Shown here in pieces: positions 51,106 through 59,839 of a stretch of 64,000 nucleotides of DNA. Both the position numbers and the translations under genes were made by a program. The notes beneath the pieces were generated by a model. The model saw only the letters and a list, made by a program, of their open reading frames with translations, did no database searches and had not been told where the DNA came from. Where the stretch lies: positions 1,984,001-2,048,000 of the forward strand of contig CAVZYA010000001.1 of NCBI GenBank assembly GCA_963779415.1, in the 5' to 3' direction. How positions within the stretch are numbered: position 1 is the stretch's first letter; every line of letters begins with the position of its first letter. The stretch is from an uncultured Acidobacteriota bacterium (lineage in GTDB: Bacteria > Acidobacteriota > Thermoanaerobaculia > UBA5066).

Positions 51106-51366
51106 GTGAGCTCAAAGATCGCGCCAGCCGACGGCATAAGGGAACTCCTGCGAAGACGGGTCCCGCGTGCCAGGGACCTCGACGATCTTCCGGATGAATT
51201 GCAGCTTGGGGAAGGCGGCCTCGGACTGGACTCGATCGCTCTCGTCGAACTGCTCCTCGAATGCGAGCGGCAGTTGGGCCTGCCACCACTACTGGCGCTT
51301 CTCGATGGCCCCCCGCTGACTGTCGGCCTTTTGGCGGAACACGCCCGGGTCCGCGCACGTCGGTGA
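51106..51366 (+). CDS. Acyl carrier protein
   Basis: GLGLDSIALVEL motif; GTG start 7 nt after TAGAAT. Confidence 0.8.
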   Translation: MSSKIAPADGIRELLRRRVPRARDLDDLPDELQLGEGGLGLDSIALVELLLECERQLGLPPLLALLDGPPLTVGLLAEHARVRARR

Positions 51367-52217
51367 GCCAGGCGGCTCGGCGCTCCTTTGATTTCCTGGA
51401 GCGGTGTCTCAGCCAGATGGCGGAGCATCAGCTGCCGTTTTCGCTATCCGCCGCCGGTCACGTCGGAAACCTGCGAAATCGCCTTTCGCGGCGCTGGCCG
51501 AGTCCGGAACAGGTCCAGATTCTGTTCCCGTCGCTCAACCGGCAAGAAGCGGCAAGGGTTGCCTGGAAGATCGGAGGAATTGAGGCCCGCAATCGCATCC
51601 TGACGAGATACCTGGAGAAAGACGGAGACCGACTGTTGCTGGAGCTGATGCCTCGACCGGCCCCGGCGCTCTCACGTCTCCATCCGCCACTCATCCTGGG
51701 TTTCTTCCACGTCGGTGCTCCGCATGCCCTCGGAGCGGTTTTCGATTGGCTACCCGAACCGGTCCTCTCCCTGCGCCTCGGCCTTCGAAAGCCGGCCGTC
51801 CCGACGCGCACGGTGCTGACGATCGGAAGACGCGCCCAACAGCGAGCGTTCGTGTTCTCCCGTGCCCTGGCCCATCTGCAGGCTGGCGGAGTCGTCGCTT
51901 CGGCCCTGGACTTCGTACCTGGCCCGAGTCTCAGGGTGCCCTTTCTCGGCCGCTCATTGGAGTTGGCCCGGGGACCCTTTGCCATGGCGCGGCTCGCCGG
52001 CGTTCCGCTGGTGCCGCTGGCGGCGCGCTGGCACGGCGGCACGGTGCAGGTCGAGATCGGCGACGAGATGGTCGCGGATGGCTTCTCGAGCCCCGAGATC
52101 TTCGAGCGGACACTGGCCACGGCTGCTGCCGGCTGGCTCGAGAACTACGTGCGGCGCGATCCCGGCGAGATGGGACTGGGCCTTCTCCACCGGCTCGTCC
52201 TGTCCAGCGACAAGTAG
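51363..52217 (+). CDS. LpxL/HtrB-like acyltransferase (divergent)
   Basis: FFHVG, AL..L..GG.V...LD, VPFLGR, GPFAMARLAGVPLVP, YVRRDPGE. Confidence 0.6.
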   Translation: MSQAARRSFDFLERCLSQMAEHQLPFSLSAAGHVGNLRNRLSRRWPSPEQVQILFPSLNRQEAARVAWKIGGIEARNRILTRYLEKDGDRLLLELMPRPAPALSRLHPPLILGFFHVGAPHALGAVFDWLPEPVLSLRLGLRKPAVPTRTVLTIGRRAQQRAFVFSRALAHLQAGGVVASALDFVPGPSLRVPFLGRSLELARGPFAMARLAGVPLVPLAARWHGGTVQVEIGDEMVADGFSSPEIFERTLATAAAGWLENYVRRDPGEMGLGLLHRLVLSSDK

Positions 52218-52275
52218 CTTCCGGTCTCTTGGTTCGACCGGAGCACCCGTGGGCGGGTGCGCGGCCCGGCGGTCG

Positions 52276-53871
52276 TCAATACGACGACCGACGCATGGTG
52301 AAGAGGATCGCCCCCTCCCGGTCCAGGTCGCCATCGGCCAGCATGCGGCGCAGTTCCTGGTAGCGGATCTTGCCGTTGGCGGTGCGCGGAATGCTTCGCG
52401 GCGCAAGGACCACCAGCGTTTCGACACCAAAGCCGGCGATCCTCTCTGCCGTCGCTGCGGCAGCCGCGGCAAGCTCCGACGGGGAGTCGCCATGAACGGG
52501 ATCGGCCTCGACTGCCAGCACGATTTCCTCACTTGCTCCTTCGCCTGCGGGCGGTAACCCTACGGCTGCGGCAACGCGTACACCTCGCAGGCGCTCCACC
52601 GGCTCTTCCAGTTCCCGAGGTGCCAGAGGGACCCCCCCTCTCTTGAGGAGAGCGCGCTCGCGGGAGAGGACGTAGAGGTGCCCGTCTGCATCGAGAACTC
52701 CCACGTCGCCGGTGTGCAGCCAACCGCCTCTCAGAGCCTGGCGGCTCGCCTCGGGCGCTTCGAAGTAGCCGGCAAAGCAACCAGGGCCACGCACGAGGAT
52801 TTCCCCCACCCTGCCGGTCTCGACGACGCCCGATCCCGCGATGCGCACGTCGACTCCCGGAAAGGGCCGGCCGCAGGAGACGTTGCCGTGGCTGTCGACG
52901 CGCAGCCTCTCTCCGGGACGCAGGCAGGTCACGCCGAGGGTGGCCTCCGCCAGACCGTAACCGGGACGGATGACGCCGGGTACACGGAAGCGCTTCTCGA
53001 AGGCGACGATCGTGCTCTGCCGAACCGGTTCTCCGCCATTGGTGGCGAAGCGCAATGACGACAGGTCGAGTCCATCCGGATCTACGAGTCGGGCCGCCAG
53101 CCGGTAGGCGAAATCCGGTGCGCCGAGGATCGTGGCGCGGACCTCCGACGCCTTGGCGAGCCACGCACCGAGGGTGCGGATGGCGGGCGGTACCAGATGG
53201 CACGGCGTTCCGAAGTAGACGGGGCCAAGGACAAAGCGGAGCAGGCCGAGATCGTGCCAGGGAGGTACCCAGCTTACGAGGATGTCCTTCGGCTCGATCG
53301 CCAGGAGTTCGCGGGCGGCGCCAAGCGAGGCGAGGACGTTCTTGTGGGTGATCACGGCGGCTCTTGGTTCGCCGGTCGTCCCGGACGTCAACTGCAGGAA
53401 AGCGACGTCATCTCCACAAGCCCGCTGCTGGGGGAACGGTGTGGTTCGCGGCACCGAGGCGAGATCAACCACGGACAGCCCGGCGGCACCACAAGCCGCG
53501 GCGATCCCTTCCGCTCCGGCTCCTGCGGTCAGCACCAGCCGTGGCCGCACCCGAGCGGCTCGGGCGGCGGTCGTCCGAGGCGGAACCTGAGGATCGAGAG
53601 CACAGGGAGCCGCCGCCAGTCGCTGCAAGGCGAAAAAAGCGCGGATGAAGGCCAGACTTGCGGGCAGCACGAGGACGACCCGGTCACCACAAGCGACGCC
53701 AAGGCGAGCGAGGCCACCGGCGAGAGCCTCGGTCTCGGCCCGCAGCTCCGCGTACGTGACTGTTTCCGAAGCGGCGGAAAAAGCCAGTCGGGTGGGAGCT
53801 TCTCCGGACCGGCCGGTCAGCACCGCATCGAGCGTCTGAACGTCGGTCCCCAAGGACGAGAAAGAACTCAC
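52276..53871 (-). CDS. Fatty acyl-AMP ligase (FAAL)-like enzyme
   Basis: FLQLTSGTTG, SWVPPWHDLGL, GGEPV, YGLAEATL, TGD, RTANGKIR. Confidence 0.82.
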   Translation of the reverse strand: MSSFSSLGTDVQTLDAVLTGRSGEAPTRLAFSAASETVTYAELRAETEALAGGLARLGVACGDRVVLVLPASLAFIRAFFALQRLAAAPCALDPQVPPRTTAARAARVRPRLVLTAGAGAEGIAAACGAAGLSVVDLASVPRTTPFPQQRACGDDVAFLQLTSGTTGEPRAAVITHKNVLASLGAARELLAIEPKDILVSWVPPWHDLGLLRFVLGPVYFGTPCHLVPPAIRTLGAWLAKASEVRATILGAPDFAYRLAARLVDPDGLDLSSLRFATNGGEPVRQSTIVAFEKRFRVPGVIRPGYGLAEATLGVTCLRPGERLRVDSHGNVSCGRPFPGVDVRIAGSGVVETGRVGEILVRGPGCFAGYFEAPEASRQALRGGWLHTGDVGVLDADGHLYVLSRERALLKRGGVPLAPRELEEPVERLRGVRVAAAVGLPPAGEGASEEIVLAVEADPVHGDSPSELAAAAAATAERIAGFGVETLVVLAPRSIPRTANGKIRYQELRRMLADGDLDREGAILFTMRRSSY

Positions 53872-54019
53872 GATCCGACTCTACCCGAGCGCGCAGGCTG
53901 ATCGACCCCAAGCGGATCGAGGGCGACCGGGACGAGGCCATCGAGTCGATCTGCGGCGGCCGCGGGCAGGCCGCCGAGCTGTTCGCCCGAAGCGGCTCCT
54001 CGTAAGTCATTGAGAAATC

Positions 54020-54097
54020 TGGTGCGCCCAGCAGGAGTCGAACCCGCAACCTTTTGATCCGTAGTCAAACGCTCTGATCCAGTTGAGCTATGGGCGC
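54020..54097 (-). tRNA. tRNA-Arg(ACG)
   Basis: Anticodon arm TTTGA-CTACGGA-TCAAA; GTTCGACTC; encoded CCA. Confidence 0.95.
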
Positions 54098-54225
54098 ACG
54101 CGGGACCGCGGAGCGTAACCGGAACCGCCCCGGCTTTCAAGTCAGCCCGCGGCCGGGGGCCAGTCCCTCAACTTCTCTTCACCGTTCTCGTATAGAAGGG
54201 GTCCATTGGGGGGAACGCGCCGGTG

Positions 54226-55008
54226 ATGAACGCCATCGAGCTCAAGGGTGTCGTCAAGCGGTTCGGCAAGTTCACGGCCGTCGACGGCCTCGACCTCGAG
54301 GTCCCGCGCGGCGTCACGTTCGGGCTCCTCGGCCCGAACGGCGCCGGGAAGACGACGACGCTCCGGATGATCATGAACATCACGAAGCCGGACGCCGGGT
54401 CCGTCACGGTCCTCGGCCAGCCGATGAGCGAAGCGCTTCAGGAGAAGATCGGCTACCTGCCGGAGGAGCGGGGCCTCTACCGGAAGATGAAGGTCGTCGA
54501 CCAGCTCCTCTTCTTCGCCGCGATCAAGGGGGTCGACCGCGACATCGCGATGAAGCGGCTCTCCCCGTGGATCGACTCGATGGACCTCCGTCCGTGGCTC
54601 CAGAAGAAGACGGAGGAGCTCTCGAAGGGGATGCAGCAGAAGGTCCAGTTCCTCGGGACGATCGTCCACGATCCCGAGGTCCTGATCCTGGACGAGCCGT
54701 TCTCCGGCCTCGACCCGATCAACGTCCTCCTCGTGAAGGACTTTTTCACGGAGTTCAAGCGGCAGGGAAAGACGGTGGTCTTCTCGACGCACGTTCTCGA
54801 GCAGGCCGAGCGGCTCTGCGAACGGATCTGTCTTCTCTACCGGTCGGTCAAGCTCCTCGACGGTCCGGTCAAGGAGATCAAGAACTCCTTCCGCGACCGC
54901 GTGCCGCTCCCGCCCCCCGTCGAGCCCGAGCCGGAGCTGGAGAAGATCTTCATCAAGGCGGTCCAGGAGTCGGGGCGGCAGGCCCCCACCGCCGAGGAGC
55001 TGCGGTGA
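54226..55008 (+). CDS. ABC-2 type exporter ATPase
   Basis: GPNGAGKT, GYLPEERGLY, LSKGMQQK, ILDEPFSG. Confidence 0.92.
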   Translation: MNAIELKGVVKRFGKFTAVDGLDLEVPRGVTFGLLGPNGAGKTTTLRMIMNITKPDAGSVTVLGQPMSEALQEKIGYLPEERGLYRKMKVVDQLLFFAAIKGVDRDIAMKRLSPWIDSMDLRPWLQKKTEELSKGMQQKVQFLGTIVHDPEVLILDEPFSGLDPINVLLVKDFFTEFKRQGKTVVFSTHVLEQAERLCERICLLYRSVKLLDGPVKEIKNSFRDRVPLPPPVEPEPELEKIFIKAVQESGRQAPTAEELR

Positions 55009-55012
55009 GGCG

Positions 55013-56317
55013 ATGAACGCCAAGCTCGCCATCATCATCCGCCGCGAGTTCCTCCAGCAGGTCCGGACGAAGGGGTTCTGGATCGCGACGTTCCTGATCC
55101 CCGCGATCGGCCTCGTCTTCGTCGGAGTGCAGGTCCTCCTGAACCGCTCGCTCGAGGCGAAAGGCCGGATCGCCGTCGTCGACCTGACGGGGCGCCTCTA
55201 CGACTCGCTCGTCGCCGAGCAGCGCTTGCGCGACGACGACGGGAGGAAGAAGGACCCGAACTCCGCCGCCAGGACCTCGGCCCTCGAGTTCGTAAAGACC
55301 GAGGCGACGGGAGCGACCCTCGCCGAGGTCCGGAAGAAGCTGAACGGCGAGGTCCGAAAGGAGACACTCAAGTCGTACCTGATCCTCGACGACAAGACCC
55401 TCACGACAGGCGCCGCCGAGTACCGCGCCAAGTCGGTCAAGTCGGACATCGTCCTCCGCGAGCAGCTCTCGGCGTGGCTTTCGCGGGCGGCAACGAAGGA
55501 GCGCCTCAAGGATGAGGGGGTCGATCCGGCCCTCTACGAGGCCGCGCGCGTCCGGGCGGAGCTGGACGTCCGGGAGGCGAAGGACGTCGAGACGGGCGAG
55601 ACCGGAAAGAACGTCGGCTTCAATCTCGCGGTCTCCGCGATCCTCTTCTTCCTCATCTACGGCTCGCTCTTCGCGTGGGGGGGCGCCGTGATGCGCGGCG
55701 TCCTCGAGGAGAAGAACAACCGGATCGTGGAGGTGATCGTCAGTTCCGTCCGGCCGACGACGCTGATGCTCGGAAAGATTCTCGGCATCGGATGCGCGGG
55801 GCTCCTGCAGTACGCGATCTGGACGACGCTGGCGGTCCTCGTCTCCGCGCCCGGCGTCGTCGCCCTGATGGGGATCGTGGACGCCCCGCGCCTTCCGGCG
55901 AGCACGCTCGCCGCATTCGTCGTCTTCTTCGTCCTCGGCTACTTCCTCTACGCGTCGCTCTACGCCGCCTTCGCGGCGCCGTTCAACACGGAGGCCGAGG
56001 CGCAGCAGTTCATCATGATCCCGATGAGCTTCCTGATCCTCGCGGCGACGACCTGGTTCTTCGCCTTCAACAGCCCGGACGGCGCGCTCGCGTTCGTCCT
56101 TTCCCTCGTCCCCTTCACGTCGCCCCTCATCATGTTCATGCGGATCACGGTCCAGATGCCTCCCCTCTGGCAGATCGCCCTTTCGATTGCGATTCTCGTC
56201 GTTTCGATCTGGGGGGTCGCGTGGTTCGCGGGGCGTGTCTACCGCGTCGGGATCCTGATGTACGGCAAGAAGCCGACACTCCCCGAGATCTTCCGCTGGG
56301 CGCGACAAGCGGACTGA
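55013..56317 (+). CDS. ABC-2 type permease (NatB/YhaP-like)
   Basis: IIRREF, GVLEEKNNRIVEVIVSSV, GKILG, YRVGILMYGKK. Confidence 0.9.
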   Translation: MNAKLAIIIRREFLQQVRTKGFWIATFLIPAIGLVFVGVQVLLNRSLEAKGRIAVVDLTGRLYDSLVAEQRLRDDDGRKKDPNSAARTSALEFVKTEATGATLAEVRKKLNGEVRKETLKSYLILDDKTLTTGAAEYRAKSVKSDIVLREQLSAWLSRAATKERLKDEGVDPALYEAARVRAELDVREAKDVETGETGKNVGFNLAVSAILFFLIYGSLFAWGGAVMRGVLEEKNNRIVEVIVSSVRPTTLMLGKILGIGCAGLLQYAIWTTLAVLVSAPGVVALMGIVDAPRLPASTLAAFVVFFVLGYFLYASLYAAFAAPFNTEAEAQQFIMIPMSFLILAATTWFFAFNSPDGALAFVLSLVPFTSPLIMFMRITVQMPPLWQIALSIAILVVSIWGVAWFAGRVYRVGILMYGKKPTLPEIFRWARQAD

Positions 56318-56406
56318 CTCCGGCTCCGGCCGTCACGTTTTTGGGGGGCGCTCCTCCCGCTATACTGCCCCCCCGCCGAAGCCTTTTCTGTTTCCGGAGG
56401 ACCTAG

Positions 56407-57648
56407 ATGACTAGCGCGGCCTCTATCGACCATCGGACGCTCTATCGGCTCCCGTGGACCCTACCGGACAATGCCATCTCCTGGCTCGAACCGACCTCGG
56501 CGTGCAACCTCGCCTGCGACGGGTGCTACCGGGAGAACGTCTCGAACAGCCATAAGCCCCTGCCGGAGATCCAGGAGGAGATCGCCGCCTTCCGGCGCCT
56601 CCGCAACTCCGACGGCATCTCCATCGCCGGGGGAGATCCCCTGATGCACCCGGAGATCGTCGAGATCGTCCGCACCGTACACGAGATGGGGATGAAGCCC
56701 ATCGTCAACACGAACGGAAGCCGGCTGACGAAAGAGCTGCTCCGCGAGCTGAAAAAGGCCGGCGTCTACGGCTTCACGCTTCACATCGACAGCAAACAGG
56801 GGCGGCCCGGCTGGAAGGGGAAGAGCGAGATCGAGCTGAACGAGCTGCGCCTCGAGTACGCGACGATGCTCGACGAGGCAGGAGAGATCTGCTGCTCCTT
56901 CAACTCGACGGTCTACGAGGACACGCTCCAGTACGTCCCCGGGATGATCGCCTGGGCGGAGCGCCACATCGACATCGTCCAGACCATGGTCTTCATCCTC
57001 TACCGCGCCGCCGTCCCCCAGATCCCCTTCGATTGGTACGCGGGCGCGGAGAAGGTCGACATGAACGCGCTCGTTTACTGCGAGGCGGGCGACCGGCGCG
57101 TCGACATGAAAGCTCCCGAGGTCGTCGCGGAGATTCGCAGGAGCTTCCCGGAGTTCACTCCCTCCGCCTACCTCAACGGAACGGAGCAGGCCGACAGTTA
57201 CAAGTGGCTCCTCTCCGCCCGGATCGGGTCGAAGGAGCGGGTCTACGGGTACGTCGGGCCGCGGTACATGGAGCTCATGCAGGCCGGCCACCACGTCGGC
57301 ACGGGGCGCTACCTGGCCTACGCGTCGCCGAGCATGACCTCGATGGGCCGGACGATGCTCCTCCTCGCCCCGTTCGACGCGGGGGTGAAGGCGATCGCCC
57401 GGCACTGGCTCGGGTCGCTCCTCTCGAATCCCCTCCGGCTCTTCCGGAAGATGTACCTCCAGTCGGTCATGATCATCCAGCCCGTCGACTTCCTCGAGAA
57501 CGGCGCCCAGAACATGTGCGACGGCTGCCCGGACATGACGATGTGGAATGGCGAGCTGGTCTGGTCGTGCCGGATGGAGGAGCTGAAGCACTTCGGCTGC
57601 TGGGTTCGGACGGTGCCGCGAGGCGAGGCGCCGCCCACGACGGCATAG
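56407..57648 (+). CDS. Radical SAM enzyme of unknown function
   Basis: CNLACDGC, AGGDPL.HP, NTNG; C-terminal CDGCPD...WSC; TATACT at 56361 and GGAGG RBS. Confidence 0.9.
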   Translation: MTSAASIDHRTLYRLPWTLPDNAISWLEPTSACNLACDGCYRENVSNSHKPLPEIQEEIAAFRRLRNSDGISIAGGDPLMHPEIVEIVRTVHEMGMKPIVNTNGSRLTKELLRELKKAGVYGFTLHIDSKQGRPGWKGKSEIELNELRLEYATMLDEAGEICCSFNSTVYEDTLQYVPGMIAWAERHIDIVQTMVFILYRAAVPQIPFDWYAGAEKVDMNALVYCEAGDRRVDMKAPEVVAEIRRSFPEFTPSAYLNGTEQADSYKWLLSARIGSKERVYGYVGPRYMELMQAGHHVGTGRYLAYASPSMTSMGRTMLLLAPFDAGVKAIARHWLGSLLSNPLRLFRKMYLQSVMIIQPVDFLENGAQNMCDGCPDMTMWNGELVWSCRMEELKHFGCWVRTVPRGEAPPTTA

Positions 57649-57684
57649 GATCGGAAGTCGGAGGGGACCCGTCCGAAAGCTTCC

Positions 57685-59623
57685 GTGCGCCGTCTCGCTC
57701 CTCCTCGCGCTGGCGGGCCTGCCGCTCGCGGCTCAGGAGCCGCAGCCCGCGAGAATCCGGGTCTCCTCCATCTCCGATCCCGACGGCGTCGGCCTCACGT
57801 TCGCCTGGCGGTTCGCTCCGGGCGACGGACCGGAACGGGAAGCGCCGGGGTTCGACGACTCGCGCTGGCCTGCGGTGAAGCCCGGGCTGGCGGCCGGCGA
57901 ACTCCCGCCCGGCGGCTGGCCGGGCGTCGGCTGGTTCCGGCGGCATCTTCTGGTCGAGCCCGCACTTCAGGGACGGACCGTGGCGCTCCGATTCGCCGCG
58001 CCGGGCGCCGCGGACGTCTACCTCGACGGCCGGCTCGTCCTGACCGCAGGGCAGGGCGGCGCACCGCCGGAGATGCCGTGGGAGCGTCGCGAGGCGTCTC
58101 TCGTCAGGCTGGAAGGACACGAGCACCTCCTTGCGGTGCGGTACGTCTATTCCGGGGACAGCAGACACAGGGCCGAGGGGATCGGCTTTCTGATTATCCT
58201 GGCCGATCCCGCGCTCGCGCGCGCGACCGTCGCCGAGCGCCCATGGATGGCCGGTATCCAGGGCGCCATCGTGGCCATCCCTCTCTTTCTCGCCTTCCTT
58301 CACTTCGCCTTCTTCGGCTTCGACCCCCGCGCCCGCGGGAATCTCTTCTACGCCCTCGAGATGGCCGCATGCGCCGTGATTCTCCTGTACGGATTCCGGG
58401 GCTCACTCTTTTCCACCGGGAACCAGCGGGACTTCCTCGAGCAGGTGGGGCCGGGTATGCCCATCGTCGCGATCCTCTTCGGGATCCTGACGTACTACGC
58501 CTTCCTGAAGGACCCCTTCCCTCGCACGTGGCGCGCCTTTGTCGGCGCGGGCCTCGTGCTCCTCCCCCTCGCGTACGTCTCGCAGGCGGCGGCCACATAC
58601 GGCTGGGAGCTCTATTTCCTCGCGGTCACCGTCGAGATCGTCCGGTTGGAGCGGAGACGGTGGGTGATGCGCCGCCCGGCGCCGCGTTTCTTCATCGCGA
58701 GCATGTCGGTCTTTTCGTTCGCGCTTCTTCTCCAGATCCTGGACAACGCCGACCTGATCCCGGCGGTGGTCGGCCTTCGCGGCAACTACTACATCCTCGG
58801 GATCCTCGCTCTGGCGGTCGGGGTTTCGCTCTCCCTGGCCCACGAGCTCGGTCGCTCGCGCATCGTCGCGGCCGAGAACGAGAGGAAGACGGCTGAACTC
58901 GCGCAGGCGCGGGAGCTGCAGCTCTCGATGCTCCCGCGGGAGCTACCCGCCGCCGCCGGGCTCGATGTCGCGGCCGCATCGCACACCGCGGCGGAGGTCG
59001 GAGGCGACTACTACGACATCCGGGCAGGGGGCGACGGCAGCCTCCTCATTGCGTTCGGCGACGCCACGGGGCACGGCCTCGCCGCCGGCATCGTCGTGAC
59101 GGCCGCCAAAGCGCTCTTCACGTCGCTTCCGGTCCGCGGCGCGCTCCCCGAGCTGATGGCCGGCTGCGACCGCGTCTTCCGCGGGATGCGCCTTCCGGGG
59201 CTCCAGATGTGCTTCGCCCTCGCGCGCGTCTCGCCGCGCGAGGCGGCGGTCACCTCGGCCGCTATGCCCCCGATCCTCGTCCACCGCTGCTCGTCGGGCG
59301 CGATCGAGGAGCTGGGGGCCGGAGACCTGCCGCTCGGGGGCCGGATTCCGCCCCGCTACGAAGAGCGCCGGACGGATCTTTCTCCGGGCGACACCCTTCT
59401 CTTTTCGAGCGACGGATTTGCGGAGCTCCTCGGACCCGACGGGCGTGAGCTCGGTTATTCCGGAGCTGCAATGGCCTTCCGGGAAGCGGCCCGGGGCTCG
59501 ACCGCTCGCGAGGTCGTCGACCGCCTCGGGACGACCGCGGCCACGTTCCGCGGCAACCGCCCGCAGGACGACGACATCACCTTTGTCGTCGTCCGCGCCA
59601 CCGCCCCGTCTTCGGCCGCCTGA
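57685..59623 (+). CDS. Membrane sensor PP2C/SpoIIE (RsbU-like) phosphatase; N-terminal frameshifts
   Basis: Extracellular beta domain (GWFRR), about 7 TM segments, ELQLSMLP, VGGDYYD, DATGHG, SDG, QDDDIT. Confidence 0.85.
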
Positions 59624-59719
59624 CGTTCCGAGAAGCCGTCCGCTGCTGCTTTACGCCCCTCCAAAGGCCATGCTAGATTCCCCGCTCCGCGCGGGGCCCG
59701 GCTCCGCCGGACGGGACAC

Positions 59720-59795
59720 GGCGCATTCGTCTAGCGGTCCAGGACACCGCCCTCTCACGGCGGTAACACGGGTTCGAGTCCCGTATGCGCTACCA
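59720..59795 (+). tRNA. tRNA-Glu(CTC)
   Basis: Anticodon arm CCGCC-CTCTCAC-GGCGG; GTTCGAGTC; encoded CCA. Confidence 0.95.
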
Positions 59796-59839
59796 ACCCC
59801 CCTCCCTCTCCCCGCGTACCTCCGGGTAGGATGCCCGGC

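Noticed and set aside
2608-59623. Frameshifts in over a dozen genes (asparaginase, GH57, trpB2, cupin, GT2, M28, hydC, hydB, large subunit, SpoIIE and others) read as pseudogenes or programmed frameshifting
   Set aside because: They are scattered single-base indels with intact motifs on both sides and no accumulation of stops or shared slippery motif, so long-read error is the simplest explanation. Read polishing would settle it.
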